Below, in pieces: positions 13,627 to 27,101 of a DNA stretch of 64,000 bases. Origin of the DNA: Octopus sinensis (taxonomy: Eukaryota). The translations under genes were made by a program, and so were the position numbers. The notes beneath the pieces are model-generated. The model made no database searches. It was not told where the DNA came from and saw only the letters and a program-made list of their open reading frames with translations. The first letter of the stretch is position 1, and each line of letters opens with the position of its first letter. Location of the stretch: contig NW_021835987.1 of the NCBI RefSeq assembly GCF_006345805.1, forward strand, positions 248,001 to 312,000, in the 5' to 3' direction.

Positions 13627-13640
13627 CATTATTATTTCAG

Positions 13641-13819
13641 AGAGCCAATGGATTAGAGCATATGCCATATCAAAGGGAGCTGGTTCAAAAGTTTACAATT
13701 CATTTCTGAATATAGGATGTCCTTCATTATGGGAAGTGGACAAATGCAGAGGTACCTTTTGTCCGAACTTCTTCCGACACCCTCTCCTTGATTTCTGGAA
13801 CTATCTTCCAATTGATGAG
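13641..13819 (+). CDS. Copy B exon 2
   Basis: TTTCAG/GTATGT, 179 nt: SQWIRAYAISKGAGSKVYNSFLNIGCPSLWEVDKCRGTFCPNFFRHPLLDFWNYLPIDE. Confidence 0.88.
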
Positions 13820-14805
13820 GTATGTATTCATACGTGCGAGGAAGTTCATACAGTATCATTGTTTTCATAATGATAGTAATAATGATTAACAGACTTTGGT
13901 CAAGTATACATGAAAAAGAAACAATTCAGGTATATGCGCACAATATACACACAGCAGTACATATACATACAACCATATATATAAGAAGACTATACTCAGG
14001 CAGAGCTATTTATATTAGGTTAGAATTGAACTTATAGGCGTAGACGGGAACACCGAGCAACAGACGGGGGACTATGATCCACGCAGAAGGTGGTAAGAAT
14101 TTTTATCCGTGACAAACCGCAGTAATAATAATAATTATCATAGACAAAAGACTCCCCTTTGGGGGAGTGGTCAGTAAATGGGAAACAGAATCGATGAAAT
14201 CAACTTACGATACATGACTGATCAAAGTTTTATTGAACCCAGCATAAATTAATACTGGAGGACCTGGGTGGAACTTGAACTCAAATTTGAATAATCTTGT
14301 CGTTCTTCTCGTGAGGTGGAAAAATTGAGTAACAAACAAAATCTTGTGGAAACATGTGAGCCAGTAACCTACGGGATCTCAGATCAGGAGCAAGGAATGA
14401 GGTTAGCTAGGACACATCGAGCGGAAACCTCTTTCTGATTTTACAAGACAAGCCATCCGATGAATATCGCAAGGAAGGCAGAAGCGTGACAGATTAAATA
14501 AAACATGGAAAAGCTCAACAGAAACTGAAGAAATGGTTGATGGCTAGACCTGGGGATATCTGCAATTCATTGCCAAATTTACCACGCCTATAGCGATCTG
14601 TTATGGTGTCCTGTACTCTACATGGAGTTAAGGAAATGAAGAAGGACATATCGTGTTTTTCTCTTATATATCTGAAAACTAAACTTAACGTTTCGATATT
14701 TTCTCTCATGGATAGATGGCTACACATTTTGGTGGGTTAGAAGCATAGTTTTCATTAATTCTATTAACTCTATTTAGCAGCATTGATTTATCTAGCAGCG
14801 TTGAT

Positions 14806-14925
<120 letters not shown>

Positions 14926-14978
14926 AGATCGTTAGTCACTACACACATTCTTTTTCTCTCCTTGTTTTTTCTGTGTCA

Positions 14979-15014
14979 CTTTCTGTAGAAGAGCGTAGGC
15001 TCGAAACGTAAAAG
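14979..15014 (+). ncRNA. Minimal hammerhead-like motif, variant core (copy 1)
   Basis: CUUU-CUGUAGA-A-GAGC-guag-GCUC-GAAA-CGUA-AAAG. Confidence 0.55.
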
Positions 15015-15183
15015 ACTTTTTCAATTCCTGAGCGTTATACTAATACATCTGTTTGTTTTGTACACCACCTATCTTCGTCTTTTTTTTTATTTTCGTAAAC
15101 TCTCCCTATATATATATATATATATATGATAGATCGTTAGCCACTACACACATTTTTTTTCTCTCATTGTTTTTTCTGTGTCC

Positions 15184-15219
15184 CTTTCTGTAGAAGAGCG
15201 TAGGCTCGAAACGTAAAAG
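15184..15219 (+). ncRNA. Minimal hammerhead-like motif, variant core (copy 2)
   Basis: Identical motif in the second tandem ~195-bp unit. Confidence 0.55.
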
Positions 15220-15849
15220 ACTTTTTTCTATTCCTGAGCGTTATACTAATACATCTGTTTGTTTTGTACGCCACCTGTCTTCGTCTTTTGTTTTTTCGTA
15301 AACTCTCCCTATATATATATATATGTATATATGTATATATTGCCTGCTTCAGTTTATTGGACTACGGCCTTGGGTTTAGTAGAACGAATACTCTTGTATA
15401 TATTCTATTAATTTTTTGGGACGAACCGCTATGTTACGCGGGACATCAACGCAAGGAAACCATTTGTCAAGTGGTATGAGTGAAATACACACACACATAC
15501 ACAGGCGCAAAAACACATACAATGTGCGTGTAATGGGGTTAAAAACGCATGGATTATTTGTGTATTACGAGGTGTGTTTTAGTAGCAGAAGTTTGTTATT
15601 GTTACCACATTGCGTCATGCAGCTTGGAATGGAACACTATGAGATCCTATGTTTTCATAACATTATCAAAGGAAATTTCCAAGCGAAGGGTAATTAAATA
15701 TATATTATTTGATACATTTATGGATGGTAAGATACCAATTAGGTGAGTGACAAATAAAACTCGTTAATTTCGCGTGTGAATTAGTTAATTTTTTGGCTCA
15801 AAAAGCAAAAAGCAAGGCCATATAGGGGGACATGGAGTTATGTACAGGG

Positions 15850-16555
15850 TGCTGTTCATGTAAAGAGTTCAGGCCATTTGTGGTCAAGGGAGACTTTGAA
15901 CCGAGTGGTCGTCGGCATATTCACTATCTCGTCCGGCAGCTTATTTCACGGATCCGCAACCCGGACGGAGAAAACACCTCTCCTTCGATTGAGATGAAAT
16001 CGTCGCAGATAGAGCTTTTCGGAGTGACCCCGCAGCCGACGCTCTGAAGCAGGAGTGAAGAACAGCTCTTTCGAGAGGTTACACTTTCCGCTTATGATGT
16101 GAGCAAGAATGAGATCATCATGGCGTCATCGTTTTTCTAGAGAATAAAGGTCGAGCGTTTTCAGCCTTTCTTCATAAGACAAATGCTTGAGACCAAGAAC
16201 CATGCGGGTAGCCAGCTTCCGGACTCTTTCGAGATGCTGTATGTCTTTGAGGAGATAAGGAGAAGAGGCTTGAATCCCGTACTCCAATATGGGTCTCACC
16301 AGCGTGACATAGAGCGGTAGGAATATGGCTGCTGTGAGCATTCCGAATGACCGTCGAATCAAAAATAGAACTCCGCGTGCTTTGTTGGCAGTATGGACGC
16401 ACTGGCCGAAGGCGAAAAGGAAGAATACACCAAGATACCCAGGTCCTTTACCTGGTCGGTCCTCTCCAGCAGCAGACGACCCGGCTCGAAATCAAGCTGA
16501 GTTGCAGGAGAAGAGCCAACAGGCAGATGACGGGTTATACAGATTCGATTTGCTC
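15850..16555 (-). mobile_element. CR1-like LINE 3' fragment
   Basis: VKDLGI...ANKARGVLFLIRRSF...LVRPILEY...LERVRKLATR...LSYEERLKTLDLYSLEKR...RLRGHSEKL...FSVRVADPWNKLP. Confidence 0.85.
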
Positions 16556-16676
16556 AAAGGAAGGATGTAATAAAAATGAGTGGAAATTAGACTAACAACT
16601 AAAGAAATATATTTTAAAGTATCTCGATCTCTTTAACTTGATCCAATTATTTTTCATTATGCGAGTGCTAACGTGT

Positions 16677-16850
16677 GGCGCAGGAGTGACTGTGTGGTGT
16701 GGTAGTAGCTGCTTACCAGCCACATGGTTACGGGTTCAGTCCCACTGCGTAGCATCTTGGGCAAGAGTGTCTTCTGCTATAGCCCAGTGCCGACTAATGC
16801 CTTGTGAGTGGATTTGGTAGACGGAAACTGAAAGAAGCCTGTCGTATATG

Positions 16851-16897
<47 letters not shown>

Positions 16898-16997
16898 GTG
16901 TGTGTGTGTGGTGTGTGTTTTGTGTGTCTATGTTTGTCCCCCTAGCATTGCTTGACAACCGATGCTGGTGTGTTTATGTCCCCGTCACTTTAGCGGT
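16677..16997 (+). mobile_element. tRNA-derived SINE family 2 (many copies, e.g. 17550-18000 -, 33995-34340, 36110-36460, 37654-38685 split, 43850-44190 -, 46080-46405, 48555-48800)
   Basis: GGCGCAGGAGTGGCTGTGTGGT...GGTTCAGTCCC head, central (TA)/(TG) tract, conserved CCAGCATGGCCGCAGTC tail. Absent from the duplicate at about 54450. Confidence 0.8.
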
Positions 16998-17029
16998 TTT
17001 ACGTGTCTACATGTTCATTTCTTTTGCAG

Positions 17030-17190
17030 GTGAAACTAGTGATTAGCAAAAACCAAACAAATGTGGTAACTATGATATTTAATGGACGAAATACAACATT
17101 GAAAGCTGGTTCTCTCGGAAAAACTTGAAAAGCTCACCATGGAACGACCTGGCTTCAGCCACCGGACTTGAATTCTCAATAAGGACTCGG
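17030..17190 (+). CDS. Copy B exon 3 (three 1-bp deletions: sequencing error or pseudogenisation)
   Basis: TTGCAG/GTATGT. VKLVISKNQTNVVTMIFNGRNT, then a frameshift. 161 nt versus 164 in paralogs; the missing bases lie in short runs when compared with the copy at 54510. Confidence 0.75.
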
Positions 17191-18970
17191 GTATGTTTAT
17201 ATACTTTCTTGGGACTAGATTGTCTTGTATATGTTTCTAGAGTCTTTTGTATGTAGAGATTATAGATGATATAAATCATTTAATTGTTTTCATTCATATT
17301 TTCAAGTCTATACTATTTAAACGCGAAACGTTCTGAAGACGAACAGCGCATTTTCAGGCTTTCAAAATTATCTTCATTTATTATCATATACAGAATCAAA
17401 TGGGAGCAAATATAGCTTCCGCCGCTAACATTGAAATCTATCGAGCCTTCTGGATACTGCAGCACAGGTGATTTGTTGAGAACAATTTTTCTCTATCAGT
17501 CGAGATTAAATAATACTTGGCATGTGGATGCCAAAAGCTATTTTACTCTTTACTCTTTACTCTTTTACTTGTTTCAGTCATTTGACTGCGGCCATGCTGG
17601 AGCATCGCCTTTAATCGAGCAACTCGACCCCGGGACTTATTCTTTTGTAAGCCCAGTATTTATTCTATCTGTCTTTTTTTGCCGAACCGCTAGGTAACTG
17701 GGACATAAACACACCAGTATCGGTTGTCAAGCAATGCTAGGGGACAAACACAGACACACACAAACACCACACGCATATATATATATATATATACAATATA
17801 AATATATAGATATATATATATAATATAGATATATCTACATATATACGACGGGCTTCTCTCAGTTTCCGTCTACAAATCCCTCACAAGGCTTTGGTCGGCC
17901 GAGGCTATAGTAGAAGACACTTGCCCAAAGGCCACATGCAGTGGGACTGAACCCGGAACCATGTGGTAAACAAGCTACTTACACACAGCCACTCCTGCGC
18001 CGATACTTTCAAAAGAAACAGAAATACTGATTTACGCAACCCCGCTGCCGCTGCTAGAGACTCTTTATCTCTTACTAATACATTTCTGTATTTTCAACAC
18101 CACACGTCTAAATGAAATGCTTTCTCTTCACCAATTGTGTAGTTTCCTGGCTTTCACGTCAAAAGGCATGTTTTAAAGTGCGAAACACGAAAATATACAT
18201 TCACCTTAAAATAAATACTATAATTAAATTTATTTGTCTCTGTTCCTTTTAAGTATTTTACATTCTATTATATTTATTTCACTTGGCGCTTTGCTAAGAT
18301 GTTCAACACGGGAAAATATTATCGTTATATGTTCGAGCGTTTTGTAGATTTTTGCTAAATTGTATGCCTCGTGTGTCTTTGGCCTTCCTTTCCTTACATT
18401 TTCACATTTGCACAAATCTGCGCGCGTGTGTGTGGTGTTGTGTATGTATGTGTGTGCATATGTGTCTGCCTGTGGTGTGTGCGTTTGTGTGCGTTTGTAT
18501 GTGTCTGTATATTGTATCGTATTCTTATGTATGTGAGTGCTTACGAACGCATCTTTAGAGTAAGATAGATCTCATTTGAAATGGAATCTATAGACGGGCC
18601 AGTGGGCTGCCACTGCACATTCTAACATCTATGTAGCATACATAACGTATATACATTCTCGACAGGCCAATTACTGCAATATTTGTGTCCTGAAATAACA
18701 TCTTTTGCTCTCACTGGCCGCTGCTGGAACGAATTTCGGTGTCTATACGATAGACAGCAAATCCATAATACATGCTATTTCAGGAAAAACACTACAGTAA
18801 ATAGTCTATCGAGAGTGTGTATATACACATTAAGTATGATACACATGGCTATTTTAATTAAATTCTGATTGATTTAACTGCATATAGCAGACATAATGGT
18901 ATGTTTACTAGAAGTTTAGATTTTCATATTCTGAAACCCAAACAAGTTTTTTCTTTTTCTAACTCCTTAG

Positions 18971-19131
18971 TCTTACACGTCGCTTCTATATAACACTACA
19001 TGGTTATTGTGAAGGGGACAGAGGCTGGTTAACCATCAATGAGGGACCACTTTACTGTCAGTACGATAAGTCAGATCACTACCCTTCAATTCGTTATTCT
19101 GATACAAAATCGAAAGTCATATGGAACAACG
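18971..19131 (+). CDS. Copy B exon 4
   Basis: CCTTAG/GTAAGT, 161 nt, open: LTRRFYITLHGYCEGDRGWLTINEGPLYCQYDKSDHYPSIRYSDTKSKVIWNN. Confidence 0.88.
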
Positions 19132-19390
19132 GTAAGTGATATTGTATCTTCTGTGTGTGCGTTTGTCTTACTGTGAGTAGTAGTACTAAAAGTTAATTTT
19201 GTACTATTGTTTAGCGGCCAATCAGCCTTGATTCAACTGATTTTATATCAAAGGCGTTCCATCAGTGACCGACCTACAAAAACGATGCGGAGATTCGGCT
19301 GCCATTTCTAGTAATCGAGTGATCACGTATAAAGTACTCCCACGATATATTTGAAGTGTTTTTGTTGTTGATGTTTATATTGTACTTGAG

Positions 19391-19446
19391 GTTATGCATT
19401 AGCAGACTCCATGGCCATATTCATCCGCCTGAGGCAGCAGAACTAA
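19391..19446 (+). CDS. Copy B exon 5 (terminal)
   Basis: GYALADSMAIFIRLRQQN-TAA, homologous to the C and D terminal exons. AATAAA at 19546. Confidence 0.8.
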
Positions 19447-19545
19447 CCCAGTACATGATACCCATTGATACTATTGATGTTGTTAACGTCCATCCAATCC
19501 AGCTGACCACCACTGGTGAGCCGCATAAGTCAAGTAATACCTGTT

Positions 19546-19551
19546 AATAAA
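19546..19551 (+). promoter_or_regulatory. Candidate poly(A) signal of copy B
   Basis: AATAAA 100 nt after the stop, inside a single copy of the 94-bp unit. Confidence 0.5.
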
Positions 19552-19683
19552 GAATCCATACAAATATTCTATCCAGCATCGGTCTTTTGAGTTGTGATTT
19601 TCATTATCGTTTTCTACAGACAGAGAGAGAAAGAGCGACAGAGAGATACAGAGTTGTTGTTATTCCAGTTTACGAGTGTCCAG

Positions 19684-19721
<38 letters not shown>

Positions 19722-21229
19722 AGTTTTTGTATGTGTGCGTGTGTGTAGATATTTCAGGACTTGCCTCTGTGTGCGAGAAAACTGCCAGCAAATGAAGATT
19801 ATCTGAACTATATTATACTACAATGGAGAAAACTTCTTATTTATTAGGCAGGTGACGATAATTAAAGTACTAAAAAAAAACTGCAATTATTAAAGGAACT
19901 AATTGTCTGGAAATATTTTTAAAGAAATTTCCCTAACTTCCATTCCTCAAGTTTCTGAAGTATTTTTCAACTCTCATTTCTCGCAAATTTAAATATTCAT
20001 TGCATTCACTGCGTCCAGTTAATCACAATTTTATTTAAAATATTCTTTGCATTCCCTGCGTCCAATTAATCACAAATTTAAGTATTCTTTGCATTTGACT
20101 GAAGAGTATTCTATTCTCATTTGCAATGCCTCTCACTTACTATTTTAATTTTTATTTGCTATTGGAAAACCGACAGTTATTCTATAATATAATGCGTAAT
20201 TTATTATTTATAGAATGAAAATTTTTTAAATACCCGTATAATTTTTGAATGTGGGATAGCTCTGAGAAGAACCTCGAAATTTGGCTTCTTACTTTTAGAA
20301 GACAAGAAGAAAACATTTTTCCGACAAATACTCGAAACCTGCCACCTTATTCACGGTTTCCCAATACTCTGTTCCACTAAAACCAATATTTACACAAGTT
20401 GGCGGCGAGCTGGCCAGAACCGTTAACAGGGCGGGCGAAATGCGTAGCCATATTTCGTCTGCCGCTACGTTCTGAGTTCAAATTCCGCGAGGTAGATTTT
20501 GCCTTTCATCCTTTCGGAGTCGATAAATAAGTACCAGTACGCACTGGGGTTGATGTAATCGAATTCGATCCGTTTTGTCTGTCCTTGTTGTCCTCTTTTG
20601 TTAGCCTCTTTGTGTGTTAAAGAAATAGGGTATTTCGTCTGCCGCTACGTTCTGAGTTCAAATTCCACCGAGGTCTAACTTGCCTTTCATCCTTTCGGGG
20701 TCGATTAAATAAATACCAAACTGGCGCTAACCTTAACCCTAAAAACGAACCCTAACACTCACCCCTTCATTTCGTAACGTAGATACTCAGGACCTCTTTG
20801 AGGGAAAACATGTCAGATCGTGGTGAATTTCCAAAACTCCTCTCTGCATCCCATCGGAACAAATCTCCATTAAATCCCTATATACTCTGAATTCACAACA
20901 TCTTTGGTGTATTATAGATACTTTTGTTAAAATGTATCCCCTAATATAACTCTCTAAATTATATACACAACATCTTTGGTGTATTTATAGATACTTTAGG
21001 TTAAAAAGTATCCATTTTTCTGCATGTCATGAGGCTACAAAGTCGGGAGCGTATACATGTATAGTAGCGCCCTTTTATGTATACGATTTCTTCATTTCAT
21101 GTTTTATTTCGTTCATTGTTTAGGGGAAGGTAAAAGTTGAAATCCTGCTTCTCTCTGTGTTGTTGGACTAACGTGATGTTTACTTGAAAAAGAGAGATTA
21201 TGACTGTGATAAATAAGGAAAAACTTATT

Positions 21230-21850
21230 AAGCAAGTGAACACAGTAGTACTGCCCTTCTGCCATGTGGGTTCTCTGGTACATCGGATAAACATTTTTCA
21301 CAAATATAGGTTTCGAATCTCTGAGATTGTTTAGTAGAGTGCTGAAAGATTGTAGGCCTTTGAAATCTTACAGCGCTAGGTCCTACACTAGATGGAGAGG
21401 ATGATATATTTGGTACCTTACAATGATGTTCAATATGGTTGTTGAGATTCGAAATCAGAACACTAGTCCTTTGATTAGGTACAGTATATTATATATAAAT
21501 TCTAGCATTAGGTGGATTATGAATAAGTGATCTTCAGATATTGACTAAAACTTCTGGTTATTAAATAAGTTATAACTAAATACATGTGGTACAAAGAACT
21601 TATTTTTGAGGCAAACCATTGAAGCAAAATCATTGAACTGATCTAAGTACAATTACATTACTGGGATCTACCCCGTCATAGTTGAAAGCAGAAGAGCAGC
21701 ATTGAGGTTCCAACACATAGCAGAATATAACGAAACAAAACTTACCTTTGTTACAGATCACACTAACAACTGTGTTTGAAAACGTTAACCACTGTCTACT
21801 GTTGTCGGTACGATCAACTGATGCCACTGAACTACCAAGGAATGTCTGCA
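21230..21850 (-). mobile_element. Degenerate LINE 3' fragment (duplicate at about 56400-57010)
   Basis: Frameshifted remnants FKGLQSFSTL and CLSDVPDEPT resemble CR1/L2-group ORF2 C-termini. Confidence 0.45.
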
Positions 21851-22565
21851 AATGTTCGAATTGTTCAATAATGATTTCAACTATTACTTAATCTTCACAG
21901 ATGCCTCCACCGTCCACTACAGTCGTTACTGCCCTCTTGCTTCGAGTCTAATGCGCACAATTCTCAGTCGAATTAAAACTAAAATCGATTTAAAAAAAGC
22001 AAATTTTTGCAGACTTGAACAGACTTGAAACACACTTCTTTTGTCCTAGGAATCTTTAGAAGGCGTAGGTGTTGTTATTTTGTTGTTGTTGTTGGTGGTG
22101 GCCTTGGTGGTGGTGGTTGTTTGTAGTAGTAGTTGCAGTAGAGTTAGTAGTAGTGATTGTTACTTTCCAGTGGAGATTTTAATGGGGCGTTGATAGGGAT
22201 GTTGCATTGTGTTGGTGATGATGATTGTGGTGATGTTTTAAGGATATCATTACAGCAGTGTTGATATTTATGGTGTTAATTTTGCAAAAATGGTATGGGT
22301 GGTGGTAAGTGGATACAGTGGTTTATACTAATGTGGTGGCGTGATAGTGGTGGTAGCCTGTTGGTAGTGGTGTTAGTAGTGTTATTGGTGATGTGATGTG
22401 TAGGATGGTAGATGTAGTGCTGGTGATAGTGGTGGTGGTAGTTCTGTCAATGTTACAGTTATTGTGTGTTGTGGTGGTGAAAGATATTAATGATGATAAC
22501 GAAGTTGAGTTTATAGTTGTGCTATATTTTAGCAGTATAGGTGGTGGTTGGTAGTGATGGTAGAT

Positions 22566-22600
<35 letters not shown>

Positions 22601-23792
22601 TCAGTAGCTGTTGGTAGTGTTATTGTTGCTGTTGCTTTTTAAAGACGAGGAGAAATAAATCATATAAAGAATTATAGTGAAGAGAAGTTTAGATCAGATG
22701 CAGGTTTATTTACATATATACATATACACACGGTAAGATACACACACACGCCCGTGCGCAGACGCATGCCCACGCACGCACAAACACACACAAACACACA
22801 CACACACACACACACTAACATACACAAACATATATACAAACAAACACATCATACATGATATAAATGTACATGTATATACATGAACAGGGTATCGTGATAA
22901 AGTTGAATGAGGAAGCGTTAAGCATTGGAACCCTAGAAATATTAACCTGAATATGACAACAAACTAAGAAAATAAACAATTGATTTTGTTACAACAATAC
23001 AAGGTGAAGCGTTCAGCTTTTCTTTTCTTTGTACCATTGTAAGTTCTGTGTTCATGAACTGGAAAAGGCAAGTTTCCTTTCTAAACAGTACGAATGTTGT
23101 ACAGAAAATATGACAATAACAACTCTTTAATCGATATTGATTAGAGAAAGATTAACCATAATACTTACATCATGTAACTTAACTTTGAAGGTTTTCGAAT
23201 TTTTGCATTTCGATGGGGAAAGCACCCAAAAAATCTACCAGGATTAGAGAGAGAAAGAGATAGAGAGAAATGTATGTATACACCCACACCCACACACATA
23301 TATATTGTGTAAGATATAAGTTAGAGGTAATGTAACCATCTACAGGATAGATGTATCCGAAGGCGCTCCTGGTAATACCTCAGTATGTATGACCCTTGTT
23401 ATAAGGTATACGGTAGTAGGTAATTTAAAAGGTAAAACCGTGGTTTATATATATATATATAAACGATAAGAAAGAGAACAATAATAACAGTTAGAATTAG
23501 ATCAAGGAAAAAAAGATGTAAAATGTTAGTTGATTCAATAGTCTTAAATTTCAGTGAGGTCCATAATTCCATATATCAGTTTTCCTTTCCTTTCCTTATA
23601 TCTTCTTCCTACTGCCTTCTATTTATCTTAGCCATATAATCGTTCTGATGATGTCTGTCAATTGCAACGAGATAACTGTACGTTTACCCCAGCTTGATAC
23701 ACTGAAACAGCTGTAAGCATATTCTCATCATTATTAAATGACTTTAAAACACACATGAGGTACTTCTAACAGTTATTGCTCCATTTCTTATC

Positions 23793-23834
<42 letters not shown>

Positions 23835-25327
23835 CAGAGAGAGAGAGACAGAGCGGGAGAGAGAGCGATTGATAGAGAGAGAGATAATGATAGAATGAGA
23901 AAGAGGGAGAGACAAAAAGACAGACAGGGACGAAAAGATGTTGAAATTTTGCTTGGAACAACCGCGTTTGTCAGTGGAGTGGTAAAGTGAACTGATGGAG
24001 GTGAGAGGGTACTGAGAAGATGAACATGTGAAAGGGGATTGGACAATGTAGGAGAAGAGGGGGGAACATAATGAGAGATAATTACGTGTTTGTGAAGGAG
24101 GATATAATTTGAAGAATCGTAATCTACGATGTCCGTTGCAGATACACTCGAAGCAACATTTAACAGAAAGAGAAAGGAAGAAGCAAAGCAGTAACGTATT
24201 TTACAGCATAGAATCCGACAAAGTGAATGGCATAAGCATGTAGTGTAAGCATTTAAACACCGTCTCTATCTTCCGAAATCTTACAGCATTTCACATAGAA
24301 ATTTCTTTTTGGTTCCAAAGTCGTCTTGGTGTATAAGTCGACCTACAATTTGGGGTATAAATTTTGATTTCAAAAATTCTGCTTGCATTCCGAAAGTAGG
24401 GTACAGACTAAATTTGTTGAAACAGAGCAGCAGGACCCTTTCAGATAGGAATACACATGGGTATATATGAGAAACATAAAGGAAACAGTGTAGACTGAGC
24501 TGAATTGGGAGCTGAATTTGATTATAGATTTAGGGGACTCTTCCCCAACACACACACACACACGATTGGTTTTCACACGTGCGCAGGTGGGGAGAAAGGT
24601 GGATTGGCATACTCATTAAAATATTATTTGCTTTATTAATCCTGTAGGTTTCTGAGACTAAATCACGCTGATGTCAACTTTACCTGTCATCTAACCCTGA
24701 TCGATAAAATAAAATATTAGTGAAATTCTTGGCTCCATAACAATTTATAACCCACACCCTCCTATTTCAGGCATTGTCTAAATTAGAAAATCCCAAGATA
24801 TATATTCTTAGAGAAAGCACCAGATATTTTTCTTAGGTTTCTGGGGTTTGTATGCGTATAGAGGCGGGGCCGTCAGCATCACACATCCTAATCCAGTTCA
24901 CTGGGGTTGAACAACTTCTAGCTTGTATCCCATTGGCATTAAAGTACGGATCTGCCCTAATTATCCAAAAATAGTATCTAACCCTTTGCCTGTCGAAAGC
25001 CTGTTTATATGTTTGCCCTAAACGTGCACAGTTTAATTTAGACCTTCTTTATGTTAATCTCTGAATCATATAAAGGTTTTCTTTCCCAAAAGCCCAAGAT
25101 GAGGACTTGTATAGCATATGAAGCATGGAAACAGAAGGAATATGTCTTGTGTATCACATGTGATACCAAGGCCAAGAAAAGACTGAAGATGAATGTTATG
25201 GAGTCTGTTGATGATTTTCTTTCCTTTATTAGCTTTTCATTATATGTAAACCTCAACAATTTCAGGTTGTCAGTGTTTTGTCTCCCTTATTCCTCGACGT
25301 GGTGGCAAATACATGAAATCATTATTA

Positions 25328-25392
<65 letters not shown>

Positions 25393-25400
25393 ATTATTAT

Positions 25401-25471
<71 letters not shown>

Positions 25472-25509
25472 TATTATTATTATTATTATTAATAATAATA
25501 ATAATAATA

Positions 25510-25541
<32 letters not shown>

Positions 25542-25974
25542 CATTTTATTATTATTGAGTGAGAGAGCAGTTCATGCCATCAAAGTGACACTGGGGTAAA
25601 ATATACGAAGCCCAGTATACCCATCATGACTACCCGTCTGATAAGGGTACACCAGGCACATGCATCTCAACCATATGTGCGTGACATGGTGATATCATAT
25701 CAAAATAAACAGCACATGATCTTGCAGGTGGAGCTCAGTTAGAATTTTTTTCAGGTGGAGTAACCCATCCCACTCGAAAGGTCCCTGAATAAGGGCTGTT
25801 TAAGGATGTTGAACGAAACACCCATGTTTCCAGAGGTCAATTATTCAAACCCCAAAGAATCCCTCTCAACACATGGCTATGATGCCCCCCCCCACTACTT
25901 CTGCTCGTGATCAGATTTGCACATATCGTCAGCCACTAAGGGACATGCTCAACTGGTTAAAGTCAAACAACTGA

Positions 25975-26535
25975 TTTGGTGGGGGAAACAAGGAGGATGC
26001 GTGTGTGTGTTTGTGTGTCAGGGTTTGTTTTTACATGTGCTGGGGCTGGTGGGGTAGTCCATTCCATTTCAGGTGTGTTGTCTGAAATGTCTTTCCTCCT
26101 GGCCTCCACATCTGGTGTCTCTGCTTCCACTTCTGATGCCTCTGCTTCAGAGGTTGCCTCGGCTGTCGTTGAAGGTGCAGTATCTTTTCCAGGAGGTAGG
26201 AGAGCCAAAGCTTCCTCGGAAGGATGCGCCCACTGTGCTCTTATGTGACCCTTTTGACCACATTGGTATCATCTGGGCTTCCTGCCCTCGACCATCACTC
26301 GAAGCCTGGTTTCCTCCCCCACCTGTATAGTATCGACAATTTCCCTCAAATCAGCAGGGGCTGCTTTTATTACAGGGCAGGGACATCTCTAGTCCCTGCC
26401 CTTGACAGATTTGTTGTTCTATTTTGGTTGCCTGGAGGTTGGATATTTTATCCTCCAGCCCCATCACAAGTGCCGCCACCAACCAGGTAACGATCACATC
26501 TGGCGGAATTACTCCAACCTTTATCAATGAAAGAA
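25975..26535 (-). mobile_element. Retrotransposon ORF1/gag-like remnant with decayed CCHC knuckle
   Basis: LRVMVEGRKPR*YQCGQKGHIRAQW, with both outer Cys mutated. A longer copy lies at about 60940-61610. Confidence 0.55.
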
Positions 26536-27042
26536 GACGTATTTGAAAGCTTGGTGTATTTTCTCTTCTGTGGAGAAATACTGTCGTATTAGTGAACAAG
26601 CTTGATCTTAGTGGATAGTCTGTGTGTTTTGGTCATTTCAGGCACATCTGAGTCTGTAATTAATACTGATAAGGGAACATCGGACTGAGAGCAGGCATTT
26701 ATGAAGACTCCTTAATCGTTAGAGCAAAATATTAAGAGTAGAAGACAGGATAGATCAGCGGAAAACGTGACGTTAATGAGTAGTTCTGATATCAACCGTT
26801 CACATAACGAACTACGGCGTAGTCACCCCTGAGTCACCTCAAATTAATAATATATTAATATATTTTATTAATATATTAATAAAAATCTACATATTCATAT
26901 TTTGAGTTTACATCAATTGTACCTATACATACATACATATACATATACACACATACATACATATATACATACATACATACATACACACATACATACATAC
27001 ATACATACATACATACATACATACATACATACATACGTACGT

Positions 27043-27101
<59 letters not shown>

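Noticed and set aside
23645-23680. CTGATGA...GAGA hammerhead candidate (duplicate near 58725)
   Set aside because: No GAAA and no convincing stem II
25051-25599. 182-aa ORF as a candidate first exon for C
   Set aside because: No signal peptide or PAN motif; runs into (ATT)n, and the 60.1-60.5 kb duplicate does not keep the same ORF start
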